This document shows, piece by piece, positions 16,698 to 26,200 of a stretch of 34,887 nucleotides of DNA; positions within the stretch are counted from its first letter, which is position 1; every line of letters starts with the position of its first letter. The translations under genes and the position numbers were made by a program. The notes below the pieces were generated by a model that made no database searches, was not told where the DNA came from, and worked only from the letters and a program-made list of their open reading frames with translations. Location: the NCBI GenBank assembly GCA_041738165.1, contig JBGSQJ010000340.1, forward strand, positions 1-34,887, written 5' to 3'. Source of the stretch: Bdellovibrionales bacterium (GTDB lineage: Bacteria > Bdellovibrionota > Bdellovibrionia > Bdellovibrionales > UBA1609).

Positions 16698-17788
16698 GAC
16701 TTCCAGTACTCTTTGAGTTCAATGCCGTGCGAATCAGGGTCGGCCATTAAGGGCGCACGGGTGTCGATCATGACCGCGATTTCATTGGTGTGAGTTGTTT
16801 GATCAACTGATTTCACAGCTTTCGGATGTGGCCCGTGCGGTAAGCCTGCTGGGTGAAAGCTCATCATGCCCGGATGCAAATTGTCGCGCGAGAAAAAATC
16901 TCCGGCGTGATAGAACAAAACTTCATCGTAGTCGATGTTCTGATGATAAAAAGGCACCTTGAGGGCATCCTTGTCACTTTCTAAGGGCCGGGGCAAAAAC
17001 GTGCAGATCACAAACTCTCGAGCCACGAAAGTCGTGTGTGCACTTGGCGGAAGGTGAGCCCGATGACTCATCAGCGGCATCATGTTGTCGACATGAAGGG
17101 TATAAGGGTAGAGGTCGCCCTTCCAGCCAATGGTGTCGTAGTAATGTTCGGCGTATTCGAACTTAGTGACTTCGTCCAGGCGCTTGACCACGATCGTCTT
17201 AACCTTGGAGCCGCTTTCTTGAACACGTGCCATTTGCTTTTCTAAATCAGGCCGCCCTAAAGATGCGGGGTCATATATCGCATGACGCCCCACTAGCCCC
17301 CGATCGGGCTGTTCATAGTGACTCGACCTGTTTTCAACGACCAAAAACACGCTCGATGAGTTCGGAATAATACTATGAGTGATGCATTTGGGGACAATCA
17401 AATACTCGCCAGCTTTGAATCCCAGCCAGCCATACTCGGTCCAGACCTCACCGTCGCCCGAGTGACAAAAGTAGAGCAAATCGCCATCACTATTGCGAAA
17501 TCCAGTTTGTGAGTGAGCCGAGTTTGGCTTCATCACCATTTGAGAAATCGTGACGTCGTTATTGAAGAGTATTCGGCGCGTGCCCTCGCCGTCAGACCAT
17601 GGCACCAAATCGTACATCCGGGGGAGCAAAGGGCCTGTGATCTTGGTCCATCTTGTGCTGGGCTGTTTTTTAATCAAATGCGAAACAGGCCCAAAGAAAC
17701 CCTTTAATCCCTGCTCTTCTTCAAAATAACCTTCGGGAATCGCCTTGTGGGCTTGGGTGGTGTAACGACCTTGAAAATAAAGACTCAT
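16685..17788 (-). CDS. hmgA: Homogentisate 1,2-dioxygenase (short form)
   Basis: The cupin-type motifs FYHQNIDYDEVLFYHAGDFFSR and MSFHPAGLPHGPHP are typical of HmgA. The start has a 4-nt overlap with the hppD stop. Confidence 0.85.
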   Translation of the reverse strand: MSLYFQGRYTTQAHKAIPEGYFEEEQGLKGFFGPVSHLIKKQPSTRWTKITGPLLPRMYDLVPWSDGEGTRRILFNNDVTISQMVMKPNSAHSQTGFRNSDGDLLYFCHSGDGEVWTEYGWLGFKAGEYLIVPKCITHSIIPNSSSVFLVVENRSSHYEQPDRGLVGRHAIYDPASLGRPDLEKQMARVQESGSKVKTIVVKRLDEVTKFEYAEHYYDTIGWKGDLYPYTLHVDNMMPLMSHRAHLPPSAHTTFVAREFVICTFLPRPLESDKDALKVPFYHQNIDYDEVLFYHAGDFFSRDNLHPGMMSFHPAGLPHGPHPKAVKSVDQTTHTNEIAVMIDTRAPLMADPDSHGIELKEYWKSWQT

Positions 17789-18828
17789 GTTAAAAAACCT
17801 CTACGTTTTTGATCTCGTTCAATCGCATCAAACAGCGCTTGAAAGTTTCCTTCACCAAACCCTTGGTGATTTTTTCGCTGAATGATTTCGAAAAAAATTG
17901 GCCCAATAAGATTTTGCGTGAAGATTTGTAGCAAGTAGCCCTCATCATCGCCATCAACAAGCACGTGAGATTGCTGAACGGCTTTGAGATCTTCTTTGAC
18001 ATTGGGAACTCGGCCCGGAATCGCCTCGTAGTAAGTGTTTGGAGGAGCATCTAAAAACTTAATCCCATTCTCTCGAAGCGCCGTCACCGACTTGAGAATG
18101 TCTGCGGTCAACAGGGCCAGATGTTGAATCCCAGAACCCTTGTACTCATCTAAGTACTCTTGAATTTGAGATTTTGATTCGGTGGGCTCGTTGATCGGAA
18201 TGGTGATTTTGCCGCAGGGCGAGCGCATCACTTTCGAGACCAAGCCGGTCTTTTCGCCTTTGATATCAAAATGCCGAACCTCAGAAAAGTTAAAGATCGT
18301 TTTATAGAAATCACACCACTTCAGCATGTCTCCGGCTGGCACATTGTTGGTGAGGTGATCAATCACCGTCATGCCAAAGCCTTTGGGGAATTTTTCGGAA
18401 CCTAAAAATTCAAAGTCGTCATCAAAATGAGATTCACCGCGGTAGCGATCAACAAAATAAACGGCCGAGTCGCCTATTCCTGCGATAGCAGGAAAACTGT
18501 GGCTCGCTCCATCATTCTTGAGTGCCAAGGATTTCGCTCCTCGCTCAACAGCCAAGCTATGTGCCTTGCCTGCGTCTTTGACCCTAAAACCCGTCGCACA
18601 AATCGATGGGCCATGGGCTTTGGCAAATTCGGCGGCGAAAGTGCCAGGCTCTTCGTTGATGATAAAGTTCACCTGATTTTGGCGATACAAAGTCACGGCT
18701 TTTTTTCGATGCCTCGCCACCTTCGTAAAACCCATTTGTTTAAAAAGTTTTTCTAGGGTCGCGGCATCTGGCGCCGCGTATTCGACAAACTCAATGCCAT
18801 CGAGTCCAAGCGGATTTTCAGTAGACAC
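17785..18828 (-). CDS. hppD: 4-hydroxyphenylpyruvate dioxygenase
   Basis: GIQHLALLT, FFEIIQRKNHQGFGEGNFQALFDAIERDQ and the VOC-fold N-terminal half are present. The start is a GTG with GGGAGGTG 4 nt upstream. Confidence 0.92.
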   Translation of the reverse strand: MSTENPLGLDGIEFVEYAAPDAATLEKLFKQMGFTKVARHRKKAVTLYRQNQVNFIINEEPGTFAAEFAKAHGPSICATGFRVKDAGKAHSLAVERGAKSLALKNDGASHSFPAIAGIGDSAVYFVDRYRGESHFDDDFEFLGSEKFPKGFGMTVIDHLTNNVPAGDMLKWCDFYKTIFNFSEVRHFDIKGEKTGLVSKVMRSPCGKITIPINEPTESKSQIQEYLDEYKGSGIQHLALLTADILKSVTALRENGIKFLDAPPNTYYEAIPGRVPNVKEDLKAVQQSHVLVDGDDEGYLLQIFTQNLIGPIFFEIIQRKNHQGFGEGNFQALFDAIERDQKRRGFLT

Positions 18829-18942
18829 AATTCACCTCCCTGACCCGGTCAAAGAACCACGATTCCCCGTTGGTGTAAAGACTGGTGACAGGTTCAAATT
18901 GAAAGGGTAGATCTGTTGGGATAGGCTTTTAAGGAGATTTAC

Positions 18943-19317
18943 ATGGCAAGTCAATTCACCGATTTTAGCAGCCAAACCGCGAATCCCGAAGATCCAAGCG
19001 TTATGGATATTGACCCGAATGAATTGTGGCAAAACCGTGAAAAAGTGGCCATCGTGGACGTCAGGCGCCCCGATTAATACACCGGCGAACTCGGGCACGT
19101 GCCCGGCTCGAAGCATATTGTTTTGGACACCCTGCCTGGCCGCATAGCCGAGCTACCCAAAGATAAAACCGTGGTTTTTGTATGCCGCAGCGGCGCTAGG
19201 TCGGGGCGCGCAGCCAGTTTGGCTCTTGAGTCTGGGTTCACAAGCGTCTTCAACATGAAGGGCGGCATGCTACTCTGGAACGAGCGCAAGCTCGAAGTTG
19301 AAGGGCGAAACGAATAA
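18943..19317 (+). pseudogene. Single-domain rhodanese (sulfurtransferase) interrupted by one in-frame TAA at 19075..19077
   Basis: AAGGAG lies 6 nt upstream of ATG 18943. The same frame reads MASQF...EKVAIVDVRRPD*YTGELGHVPGSKHIV...VVFVCRSGARSGRAA...MKGGMLLW. The stop sits where rhodanese domains have the Glu of the D-E-Y/F motif, so GAA to TAA is a single-base change. The active-site loop CRSGARS is intact downstream. Confidence 0.75.
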
Positions 19318-19318
19318 G

Positions 19319-20692
19319 ATGGGCTCCGTTTTTGTCAATCGCACGCTGAATCTCAAACGCATTCGCTACATTGGCGTCGATATGGATCACACTTTGGTTC
19401 GCTATAAAAGTGCGAACTTTGAAGAGTTGGCCCACAAAACCATGCTCAAAAAATTAGTGGATGAACTTCAATACCCTAAGTCCATACTCAATTTGGATTT
19501 CAAGTATGACCGAGCCATTCGTGGCCTCGTCATTGATAAGGCCATGGGCAATGTTTTAAAGCTCAGCCGCTATTCGGCAATTCGCGTTTCTTATCATGGG
19601 CTAAAACCCATCGACTATCGTGATCAAACTCGCCTCTACAAAAGCGTGTACATTGATCTTCGTGACCCTAATTATCTTTCGATTGATACAGCCTTTTCGA
19701 TCGCGTTTGCCGGATTGTTTATGCAGCTTGTGGACCAAAAAGATTCGGCCTTGAGCCAAGAGCTGCCTTCTTATGCAAAAATTTCGGACGATCTAAACAA
19801 GGTTCTTGATCGCGCCCATCGCGATGGAAGCCTGAAAAACGAAGTTCGCGCCCACTTAGATAAATACATTCTAAAAGATCCGAGCGTGGTCGAAGGCCTA
19901 GAGCGATTTAAAAAACACGGCAAGAAAATTTTTGTCGCCACCAATTCGGATTTTCTTTACTCCAAGCTGCTACTCGATTACACGATCGATCCGTTTTTGA
20001 AAGATCATTCGTCATGGTCGGAGCTCTTTGATTTTGTCATCACTTTGTCCAACAAACCTCGGTTCTTCATCGACAACCAAAGGTTTATGAAAATCGATCA
20101 GCAAACCGGCTGGATGACCAATATGAACGAAAAGTTGACACCCGGAATCTACCAGGGTGGTTCGGCCAATGTGTTCACTCATGACCTTGAAGTCGCACCT
20201 GACGAAATATTGTACATTGGCGATCACATCTATGGCGATATTTTGCGATTGAAAAAAGATTGCGCCTGGCGAACGGCGCTCGTTGTAGAGGAAATCGAAG
20301 ATGAAATCCAAAAAGAACGACAGGCGTCGCCTCTTACTGAAAAAATCAATGATTTGATGGCGCGAAAACTTCCCCTCGAGGCCAAGCTCGACGATCTGAT
20401 TTCTGAACAGATCGAAACCAATTCGAACAAAAACGAAGCGGCCATACGCAAACTCTTAAACGAGATTGGTGATATCGATAAAAAGCTATCCCCATTAATT
20501 CAACAACAGCAGCAGACTTTTAATCCTCTATGGGGAGAAGTCATGCGGGCAGGAATCGAAGAGAGCTACTTTGCCTACCAAGTGGACCGATTCGCTTGTA
20601 TTTACATGGCCAAGTTGTCAGAGCTTTTGGCCGAATCGCCCCGACACTACTTCAGAGCGCCAAGAAGACCACTGGCGCACGACTTTGCCTAG
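19319..20692 (+). CDS. HAD-superfamily 5'-nucleotidase of the cytosolic cN-II (HAD-IG) type
   Basis: VFVNRTLNLKRIRYIGVDMDHTLVRY matches the cN-II N-terminal DMDxT motif region. Later come FVATNSDF and IGDHIYGDIL, then a long helical tail. ATG 19319 lies 1 nt after the rhodanese TAA. Confidence 0.8.
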   Translation: MGSVFVNRTLNLKRIRYIGVDMDHTLVRYKSANFEELAHKTMLKKLVDELQYPKSILNLDFKYDRAIRGLVIDKAMGNVLKLSRYSAIRVSYHGLKPIDYRDQTRLYKSVYIDLRDPNYLSIDTAFSIAFAGLFMQLVDQKDSALSQELPSYAKISDDLNKVLDRAHRDGSLKNEVRAHLDKYILKDPSVVEGLERFKKHGKKIFVATNSDFLYSKLLLDYTIDPFLKDHSSWSELFDFVITLSNKPRFFIDNQRFMKIDQQTGWMTNMNEKLTPGIYQGGSANVFTHDLEVAPDEILYIGDHIYGDILRLKKDCAWRTALVVEEIEDEIQKERQASPLTEKINDLMARKLPLEAKLDDLISEQIETNSNKNEAAIRKLLNEIGDIDKKLSPLIQQQQQTFNPLWGEVMRAGIEESYFAYQVDRFACIYMAKLSELLAESPRHYFRAPRRPLAHDFA

Positions 20693-21423
20693 CCACCCTG
20701 TGGCTGATAGGTAAAGAGCAGGTACTCTTTTAATCCGTGACGCTCCATCACGCCCCATATTTTGCTGGGGTCCAATTTCTTTTTAGCAAATTTGCGCTCT
20801 ACGCGATAGGCAGCGCAACCTAGTCGCAACTCACCCGTCTTGTCTTCGCTCGCATTTAAACAATCAGAAAGCAGTTCGTCAGGCTGGCCAGGATTCGCAT
20901 CGAAAGGCAAAGAGGATATACTCAACACGGGGTGACCAACGAGTTTGTCTAGCCTGCGACTTAAAGAGTCTGTCACAAGATGGCTCACTTGATTCGAGGG
21001 CGCGAGCAATACCAGAATATGCCCCGCCTGCAGCAGCTCCTTGACCTCTCTGCCAAAACCTTCGCTTTGAAAAGTATCACTCGTGTAAATGCGCTGAACG
21101 ACGGCTTTGGGCCAATCAAAGCTCGAAGCCGATTCAGGCAAATAAAGAAGAATTTTTTGCCCATCGGCCAAAGCCGCCTTAGCAAAGCCGATCCATATCG
21201 AATCGTCTTGGTTGACCCTCACAGAAGCACCAATCAATACCACCCGCTCGGCCCTAATATTTTGACGAAGGCGCTTGTAAGTGACGATTCCCACTTGTTC
21301 AAAGCGTTCAAACGACGTTGGGTTCATAACGGGAATGGGCTTTGGCCGAAGGCCATAGCGAATTACGAAGTAAACTCCCGAAGACAAACTGACCGCTAAA
21401 AGAACCCAAAGCCATCTCACCAT
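20689..21423 (-). CDS. Hypothetical membrane-anchored protein
   Basis: The ORF has one N-terminal hydrophobic segment (WLWVLLAVSLSSGVYFVI) and no motif I recognise. The opposite-strand ORF 20980..21399 has a less protein-like composition. Confidence 0.5.
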   Translation of the reverse strand: MVRWLWVLLAVSLSSGVYFVIRYGLRPKPIPVMNPTSFERFEQVGIVTYKRLRQNIRAERVVLIGASVRVNQDDSIWIGFAKAALADGQKILLYLPESASSFDWPKAVVQRIYTSDTFQSEGFGREVKELLQAGHILVLLAPSNQVSHLVTDSLSRRLDKLVGHPVLSISSLPFDANPGQPDELLSDCLNASEDKTGELRLGCAAYRVERKFAKKKLDPSKIWGVMERHGLKEYLLFTYQPQGG

Positions 21424-21579
21424 AGAGGTCTTAGGGGTTAGCCTGTTTCTGCGCTTTGGTCAATGCTTCGTGTCAGGGTCCAGTTGACAGTTTGGCTCTA
21501 CAAGTCGCAATTTAACTCGAGCCTCCGCATTTGGAGGTGAGGACTTGATCCGGCACGTAGCCAAAAAAGGACAGGTACC

Positions 21580-22305
21580 ATGGCTGAGTTAAAAAACTTC
21601 TCTATATTGCTTATTGGCAACGGACACGTCGCCCAGCACCTTGGCTATTATTTAAAACTTAAAAATATTCCCTTTCAGACTTGGAATCGAAAGCAGCCCT
21701 CGAGCGACCTTGAATTGCGCTTGAAATGGGCCACCCACGTTTGGCTTGCTGTTTCGGACGCGGCCATAGAAGACCTTTCTAAGTTGGCGCTCAAAGGCCA
21801 GCTTTGGGTTCATTTTTCTGGGCGGGTCGTTTGCGATCAGACGCTTGCGCTACATCCCTTGATGACTTTTGGTGATGAGCTCTACGACCTCGAAACTTAC
21901 CAAAGCATTCCTTTTGTTGCTGATCGCGAGTTGGGCGCACTAAACCCCCTTCCAGGTTTGAAAAATCCTATTCAGTTTGTCGAACCCCGCCTGCGAAGCC
22001 TCTATCACGCGTATTGTTCATTGACGAACAATCTGACTTATCTTTTGTGGCAAGAACTACAAGAGAGATTTTCTTTGGACCTGGCGCTGCCGCGAGAGAG
22101 CCTCGAGCCCATAATTTTGCAAACAGCAAAAAATGCGGTGGCCTCCAATAATCGCTTCACCGGCCCCGTCTCGCGCAGAGAGTGGGCAACTGTCACAGAA
22201 CATTTAAAAGCGCTTTCAGAGAAACCTGAACTTCAAGACATGTATTTGGCTTACCTCAATCTGGCCAGAAAACGTGGCTATCAAAGCGCGGAGGTCACTC
22301 TATGA
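21580..22305 (+). CDS. Rossmann-fold / DUF2520-like oxidoreductase, candidate ketopantoate reductase by context
   Basis: The N-terminal dinucleotide-binding pattern is ILLIGNGHVAQHLGYYL. The C-terminal FTGPVSRREWATVTEHLKAL resembles the DUF2520 signature (TGPxxRGDxxTxxxHLxxL). There is an ATGA overlap with panB. Confidence 0.6.
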   Translation: MAELKNFSILLIGNGHVAQHLGYYLKLKNIPFQTWNRKQPSSDLELRLKWATHVWLAVSDAAIEDLSKLALKGQLWVHFSGRVVCDQTLALHPLMTFGDELYDLETYQSIPFVADRELGALNPLPGLKNPIQFVEPRLRSLYHAYCSLTNNLTYLLWQELQERFSLDLALPRESLEPIILQTAKNAVASNNRFTGPVSRREWATVTEHLKALSEKPELQDMYLAYLNLARKRGYQSAEVTL

Positions 22306-23087
22306 CAAAGCTCGACGCTCTAAAGCGCAAACAGTTAAAGAAGAAAATCAGCATGGTCACTTGCTACGATTTTTGGTCGGCCCGGTGGCTCGACAAATCA
22401 AAAGTCGACTTGATTCTTGTTGGCGACAGCGGCGCCATGATTCAAAGCGGACATAAATCCACTATTCCCGCCGATATGGACATGATGGTGGCGTTCACGA
22501 AAAACGTGGCTCAGGGAACCTCAAAGCACATCGTCGCCGATCTGCCTTTTATGAGTTATCGAAAAGGAATGGATCTGGGACTGCAAAATATTGAAAAATT
22601 GATTCGAGCTGGTGCCAACTCTGTAAAGCTCGAAGGGGCACGAGGCAACATAGAGCTCATTGAGCGCACTGTCGAATCTGGAATTCCCGTTATGGGTCAT
22701 GTGGGGCTGACTCCCCAATTTATCAATCAGTTTGGTGGTTTTAAAGTGCAAGGGCGAGAACAAGAGGCCCACGACGCCATTTTAGAAGAAGCGAGATTGC
22801 TCGAGCAAGCCGGCGCCTTTGCTGTTGTTTTGGAGTGCATCCCTCATTCGCTTGCGGCGAAAATCACCACAGAAATGAAGATTCCAACGATTGGTATTGG
22901 CGCTGGCCTTGAGTGTGATGGCCAGGTTTTGGTTCTTCACGATCTGCTTGGCCTCAATACAGATTTCAAACCCAAGTTTGTGCGGCGCTATTTAAACGGC
23001 GAAGAACTCATGCTTGAAGCGGTCGATCGTTTCTGCACCGATGTGGCCGAGAAGCAGTTTCCATCACCTGAGGAAGCTTATGATTGA
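22302..23087 (+). CDS. panB: 3-methyl-2-oxobutanoate hydroxymethyltransferase
   Basis: ISMVTCYDFWSA...LILVGDSGAM, VKLEG and GHVGLTPQ are typical PanB motifs. Confidence 0.93.
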   Translation: MTKLDALKRKQLKKKISMVTCYDFWSARWLDKSKVDLILVGDSGAMIQSGHKSTIPADMDMMVAFTKNVAQGTSKHIVADLPFMSYRKGMDLGLQNIEKLIRAGANSVKLEGARGNIELIERTVESGIPVMGHVGLTPQFINQFGGFKVQGREQEAHDAILEEARLLEQAGAFAVVLECIPHSLAAKITTEMKIPTIGIGAGLECDGQVLVLHDLLGLNTDFKPKFVRRYLNGEELMLEAVDRFCTDVAEKQFPSPEEAYD

Positions 23088-23838
23088 ACCCGTCGTTCAG
23101 CTTCCTTTGGAGATGAAAAAATGGCGAGCCTCGTATCGCGGAACGGTTGGTTTTGTGCCGACTATGGGCGCACTTCACTCAGGCCATGCCGAACTGGTCA
23201 AGCGATCGGTTTCAGAATGCGATTTCACCGTCGTCAGCCTTTTTGTAAATCCAACTCAATTTGATGACAAGAAGGACCTCGAGAATTACCCGCGCACATT
23301 CGAAGATGATTTAAAAATGCTCGAAGAGCTTGGCGTGAATGTGGTGTTTGCTCCCGACAAGGATTCGATCTACCCAGACGGGTATCGTTACCTCGTTCAT
23401 GAAAGTGAACTCTCAAATCAGTACTGCGGCAAACATCGCAGTGGACATTTTGATGGCGTACTCACCGTCGTGCTCAAACTCCTAAATATTGTAAATCCAC
23501 AGCGAGCGTATTTTGGTGAAAAAGACTTTCAGCAGCTGCGGCTTATTGAAGGATTGGCAGAAGCATTCTTTTTGGATTGTGAAATCGTTCGGGTTCCAAC
23601 TGTACGGGAAATCACAGGGTTGGCACTGAGTTCACGCAATCAGAGATTGAGGCCCGAACAGCGCGCCCTCGCCGAGTCTTTTGCCAAAATACTAAAATTG
23701 GGGAAGTCGGCGCAATCCACCAAAAAGAAACTCGAAGATCTTGGGATTGATGTGGACTATGTCGAGGATTTCGAGAACCGCCGACTAGCCGCGGTTCGAG
23801 TTGGTGAAGTGAGGTTGATAGACAATGTCGAAATCTAA
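23080..23838 (+). CDS. panC: Pantoate--beta-alanine ligase
   Basis: GFVPTMGALHSGHAELV, VSLFVNPTQF and FGEKDFQQ are present. ATG 23080 overlaps the panB stop by 8 nt. The ORF-track start at 23014 lies inside panB. Confidence 0.93.
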   Translation: MIEPVVQLPLEMKKWRASYRGTVGFVPTMGALHSGHAELVKRSVSECDFTVVSLFVNPTQFDDKKDLENYPRTFEDDLKMLEELGVNVVFAPDKDSIYPDGYRYLVHESELSNQYCGKHRSGHFDGVLTVVLKLLNIVNPQRAYFGEKDFQQLRLIEGLAEAFFLDCEIVRVPTVREITGLALSSRNQRLRPEQRALAESFAKILKLGKSAQSTKKKLEDLGIDVDYVEDFENRRLAAVRVGEVRLIDNVEI

Positions 23839-25033
23839 AGTTCTCTTTATGGTCAGTGGATCCATCGCCGCATTTAAGGCGTGCCAGGTTGTATCATCGT
23901 TGGTGCAAAATGGTTTTGAGGTGAAAGTGGCGCTGACCAATTCGGCAAAACGATTTGTCGGCCCAGTGACCTGGGAAGGTTTAACTGGCCACAAAGTTTT
24001 TGACGACATTTGGGAAGCTGGCCGAGCCATGGACCATATCGAACTTACGCGCTGGGCAGATGTAGCTGTGGTGTGCCCGGCTTCTGCCAACACTCTTGGT
24101 GAAATGGCGATGGGTCTGACAAATTCACCGATTGGTGCCTTAGCGCTCGCGTGGCCCAAGGGCAAACCCTTCTTGGTATTCCCTGCAATGAACTCTCTCA
24201 TGCTGGATTCTGTCGTCGTCCAAGAAAATCTTGAACGTCTCAAAACTCAGGGCAAAAGAATTTACCCGACTGAAAGCGGCCACCTCGCCTGCGGTGAAAC
24301 CGGTGAAGGTCGACTGATGAACCCAGAGCAAATCGTAAATCAGATTCAATTGGCTTTGCAAAAACGCGGCAAAGTGTTGATCACCGGAGGCGCCACGCGC
24401 GAGCCCCTCGATGGTGTGCGCTTTATTTCGAACGTCAGCACGGGGCAAACGGCAGCTCGGCTTGCAGATCAGATGTCGGCCCTCGGCTATGAAGTGGATG
24501 CGCTCCTGGGAATAGGGTCGGCATCGCCTCAACTTCCATGCGCAATAGAAAATTTCACTTCAGTTCGCGACTTAGAAGCTAAAATAAAAACCCGGCTTGA
24601 AAATACGTCGTATCTTGCCATTGTGCACGCGGCGGCGGTGAGTGATTTTCAAATGAAAGATCCCGCTGTTGCGGTAAAATGGAAAAGTTCCGAGAGCCTT
24701 GATCTCGAGTTGGTGGCGACGCCCAAACTCTTGCCAAATTTCAAAAATCAATCGCGCAATCCCAAAATCAAAGTGATTGGCTTTAAAATGACCCTAAATC
24801 AAAGCGAAGGTGAACTCGTCGAGCAGGCTCGAAAGATTCTAGATCGTGGCATTGACTTGGTAGTGGGCAATGACTGGGCCAGAGTGAATGCGGATCGAAG
24901 CAGGCATCCCGGGGTTTTGCTCAGCCCAGATCGAAAGCTTCGCTTTGAAACGATCACTGAGCTGGCGCGGTTACTCGACAACACAATCACAAACGAGACA
25001 AACGAAGAGGTGCAGTATGATGCTATGTCTTGA
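23825..25033 (+). CDS. coaBC: Bifunctional phosphopantothenoylcysteine decarboxylase / phosphopantothenate--cysteine ligase
   Basis: The flavoprotein half shows [10 protein letters not shown] and [11 protein letters not shown]. The ligase half shows [23 protein letters not shown] and AAAVSDF. Confidence 0.92.
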   Translation: MSKSKVLFMVSGSIAAFKACQVVSSLVQNGFEVKVALTNSAKRFVGPVTWEGLTGHKVFDDIWEAGRAMDHIELTRWADVAVVCPASANTLGEMAMGLTNSPIGALALAWPKGKPFLVFPAMNSLMLDSVVVQENLERLKTQGKRIYPTESGHLACGETGEGRLMNPEQIVNQIQLALQKRGKVLITGGATREPLDGVRFISNVSTGQTAARLADQMSALGYEVDALLGIGSASPQLPCAIENFTSVRDLEAKIKTRLENTSYLAIVHAAAVSDFQMKDPAVAVKWKSSESLDLELVATPKLLPNFKNQSRNPKIKVIGFKMTLNQSEGELVEQARKILDRGIDLVVGNDWARVNADRSRHPGVLLSPDRKLRFETITELARLLDNTITNETNEEVQYDAMS

Positions 25034-25787
25034 TATCGGAAACTCTCAGGTCTTCGGCGGAGTTTTTGCCGACGACCAAATAAAACTGCGCTTTAGACGA
25101 ACAAGTCGATCGGGCACATCGAGCGATGAGTTTGGTTTGTTTTTACGATCTGTGCTGCGCGAAAATGACTTGAATGTAGATGGAATCCGCCAAATTGCCA
25201 TTTGCACGGTGGTGCCTGAGGCCCTTCATTCGATTAAGAACGCCTGCCTGAAGTATTTTAAGATCAATCCATTCGTGCTGCAAGCGGGCGTCAAAACGGG
25301 TTTGAAGATTCGCTACAAAAACCCAGTCGAAGTGGGGTCAGACCGAATTGCAAATGCCATCGCTGCCACCCACGAAAATCCGAATCAAGATTTGATCTTG
25401 GTCGATTTTGGAACTGCCACCACTTTTTGCGCGGTCAATAGCAAAAAAGAATACTTGGGCGGAGTGATCACCGCCGGGCTTCGGCTTTCTATGGAGAGTT
25501 TAGAGATGCGAACCTCTAGACTGCCAGCTGTAGAAATTTTGCCACGCAAAGAATGCTTATCTAAAACCACTGTTGAAAGCATTCAATCGGGGCTTTACTG
25601 GGGAACGATTGGCCAGGTCAAAGAGATCACTGAACGCCTGGTCAATGAAGGCTTTGAGGGACAGCGCCCCAAGATCATTGGCACCGGCGGCTTTGCCAGT
25701 TTGTTTTCAAAAGCTGATTTATTTGATGAAGAAAACCCTGATTTAGTGCTCAAGGGATTAAATTTAGCCCTGCGGCTCAACGCTTAG
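25017..25787 (+). CDS. coaX: Type III pantothenate kinase
   Basis: [28 protein letters not shown] and [10 protein letters not shown] are present. ATG 25017 overlaps the coaBC end. The ORF-track start at 24888 lies inside coaBC. Confidence 0.9.
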   Translation: MMLCLDIGNSQVFGGVFADDQIKLRFRRTSRSGTSSDEFGLFLRSVLRENDLNVDGIRQIAICTVVPEALHSIKNACLKYFKINPFVLQAGVKTGLKIRYKNPVEVGSDRIANAIAATHENPNQDLILVDFGTATTFCAVNSKKEYLGGVITAGLRLSMESLEMRTSRLPAVEILPRKECLSKTTVESIQSGLYWGTIGQVKEITERLVNEGFEGQRPKIIGTGGFASLFSKADLFDEENPDLVLKGLNLALRLNA

Positions 25788-25840
25788 AAAAATCAGAAAG
25801 TGAACAACGCAAAAAGAATCGATATGAAAAAGGAACTGAA

Positions 25841-26200
25841 ATGAAAATTGAAATGTTAAAAAGCAAACTTCACCGCGCGACGGTGACCGACGCCAATCTC
25901 AACTATGAAGGGTCCATTTCAATTGATCCCAAACTATGTGATGCAGCTCAGTTGATTCCGTTTGAAAAGGTGGAAGTGTATAACTGCAACAATGGCGAGC
26001 GATTTGCCACCTATGTCATATTTGGCAAAGACGGTGAAGTTTGCCTCAACGGCGCCGCCGCCAGGTTGGTGCACCCTGGAGACTTGGTGATTATCGCGTC
26101 TTACGCTAGTTTTGATCAATCCGAGGCGCTGGCCCACAAACCTAAATTGGTGATGCTTAACGACGACAATTCGATTCGCAAAATTCATTGTGACAAATAA
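25841..26200 (+). CDS. panD: Aspartate 1-decarboxylase
   Basis: [23 protein letters not shown] contains the Gly-Ser self-processing site. AAGGAA lies upstream of the ATG. Confidence 0.93.
   Translation: MKIEMLKSKLHRATVTDANLNYEGSISIDPKLCDAAQLIPFEKVEVYNCNNGERFATYVIFGKDGEVCLNGAAARLVHPGDLVIIASYASFDQSEALAHKPKLVMLNDDNSIRKIHCDK

Noticed and set aside
18832-19116. A 94-aa minus-strand ORF between hppD and the 5'-nucleotidase gene.
   Set aside because: It is antisense to the rhodanese reading frame, which has a strong ribosome-binding site and clear family motifs. I treat it as a shadow ORF.
21484-21537. TTGACA at 21484..21489 and a CCTCC-GCATTT-GGAGG hairpin (21522..21537) upstream of the pantothenate operon, considered as a promoter or riboswitch-like element.
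   Set aside because: No acceptable -10 hexamer lies at 16-18 nt spacing (best match 2/6). The hairpin has only 5 bp and resembles no RNA motif known to me.
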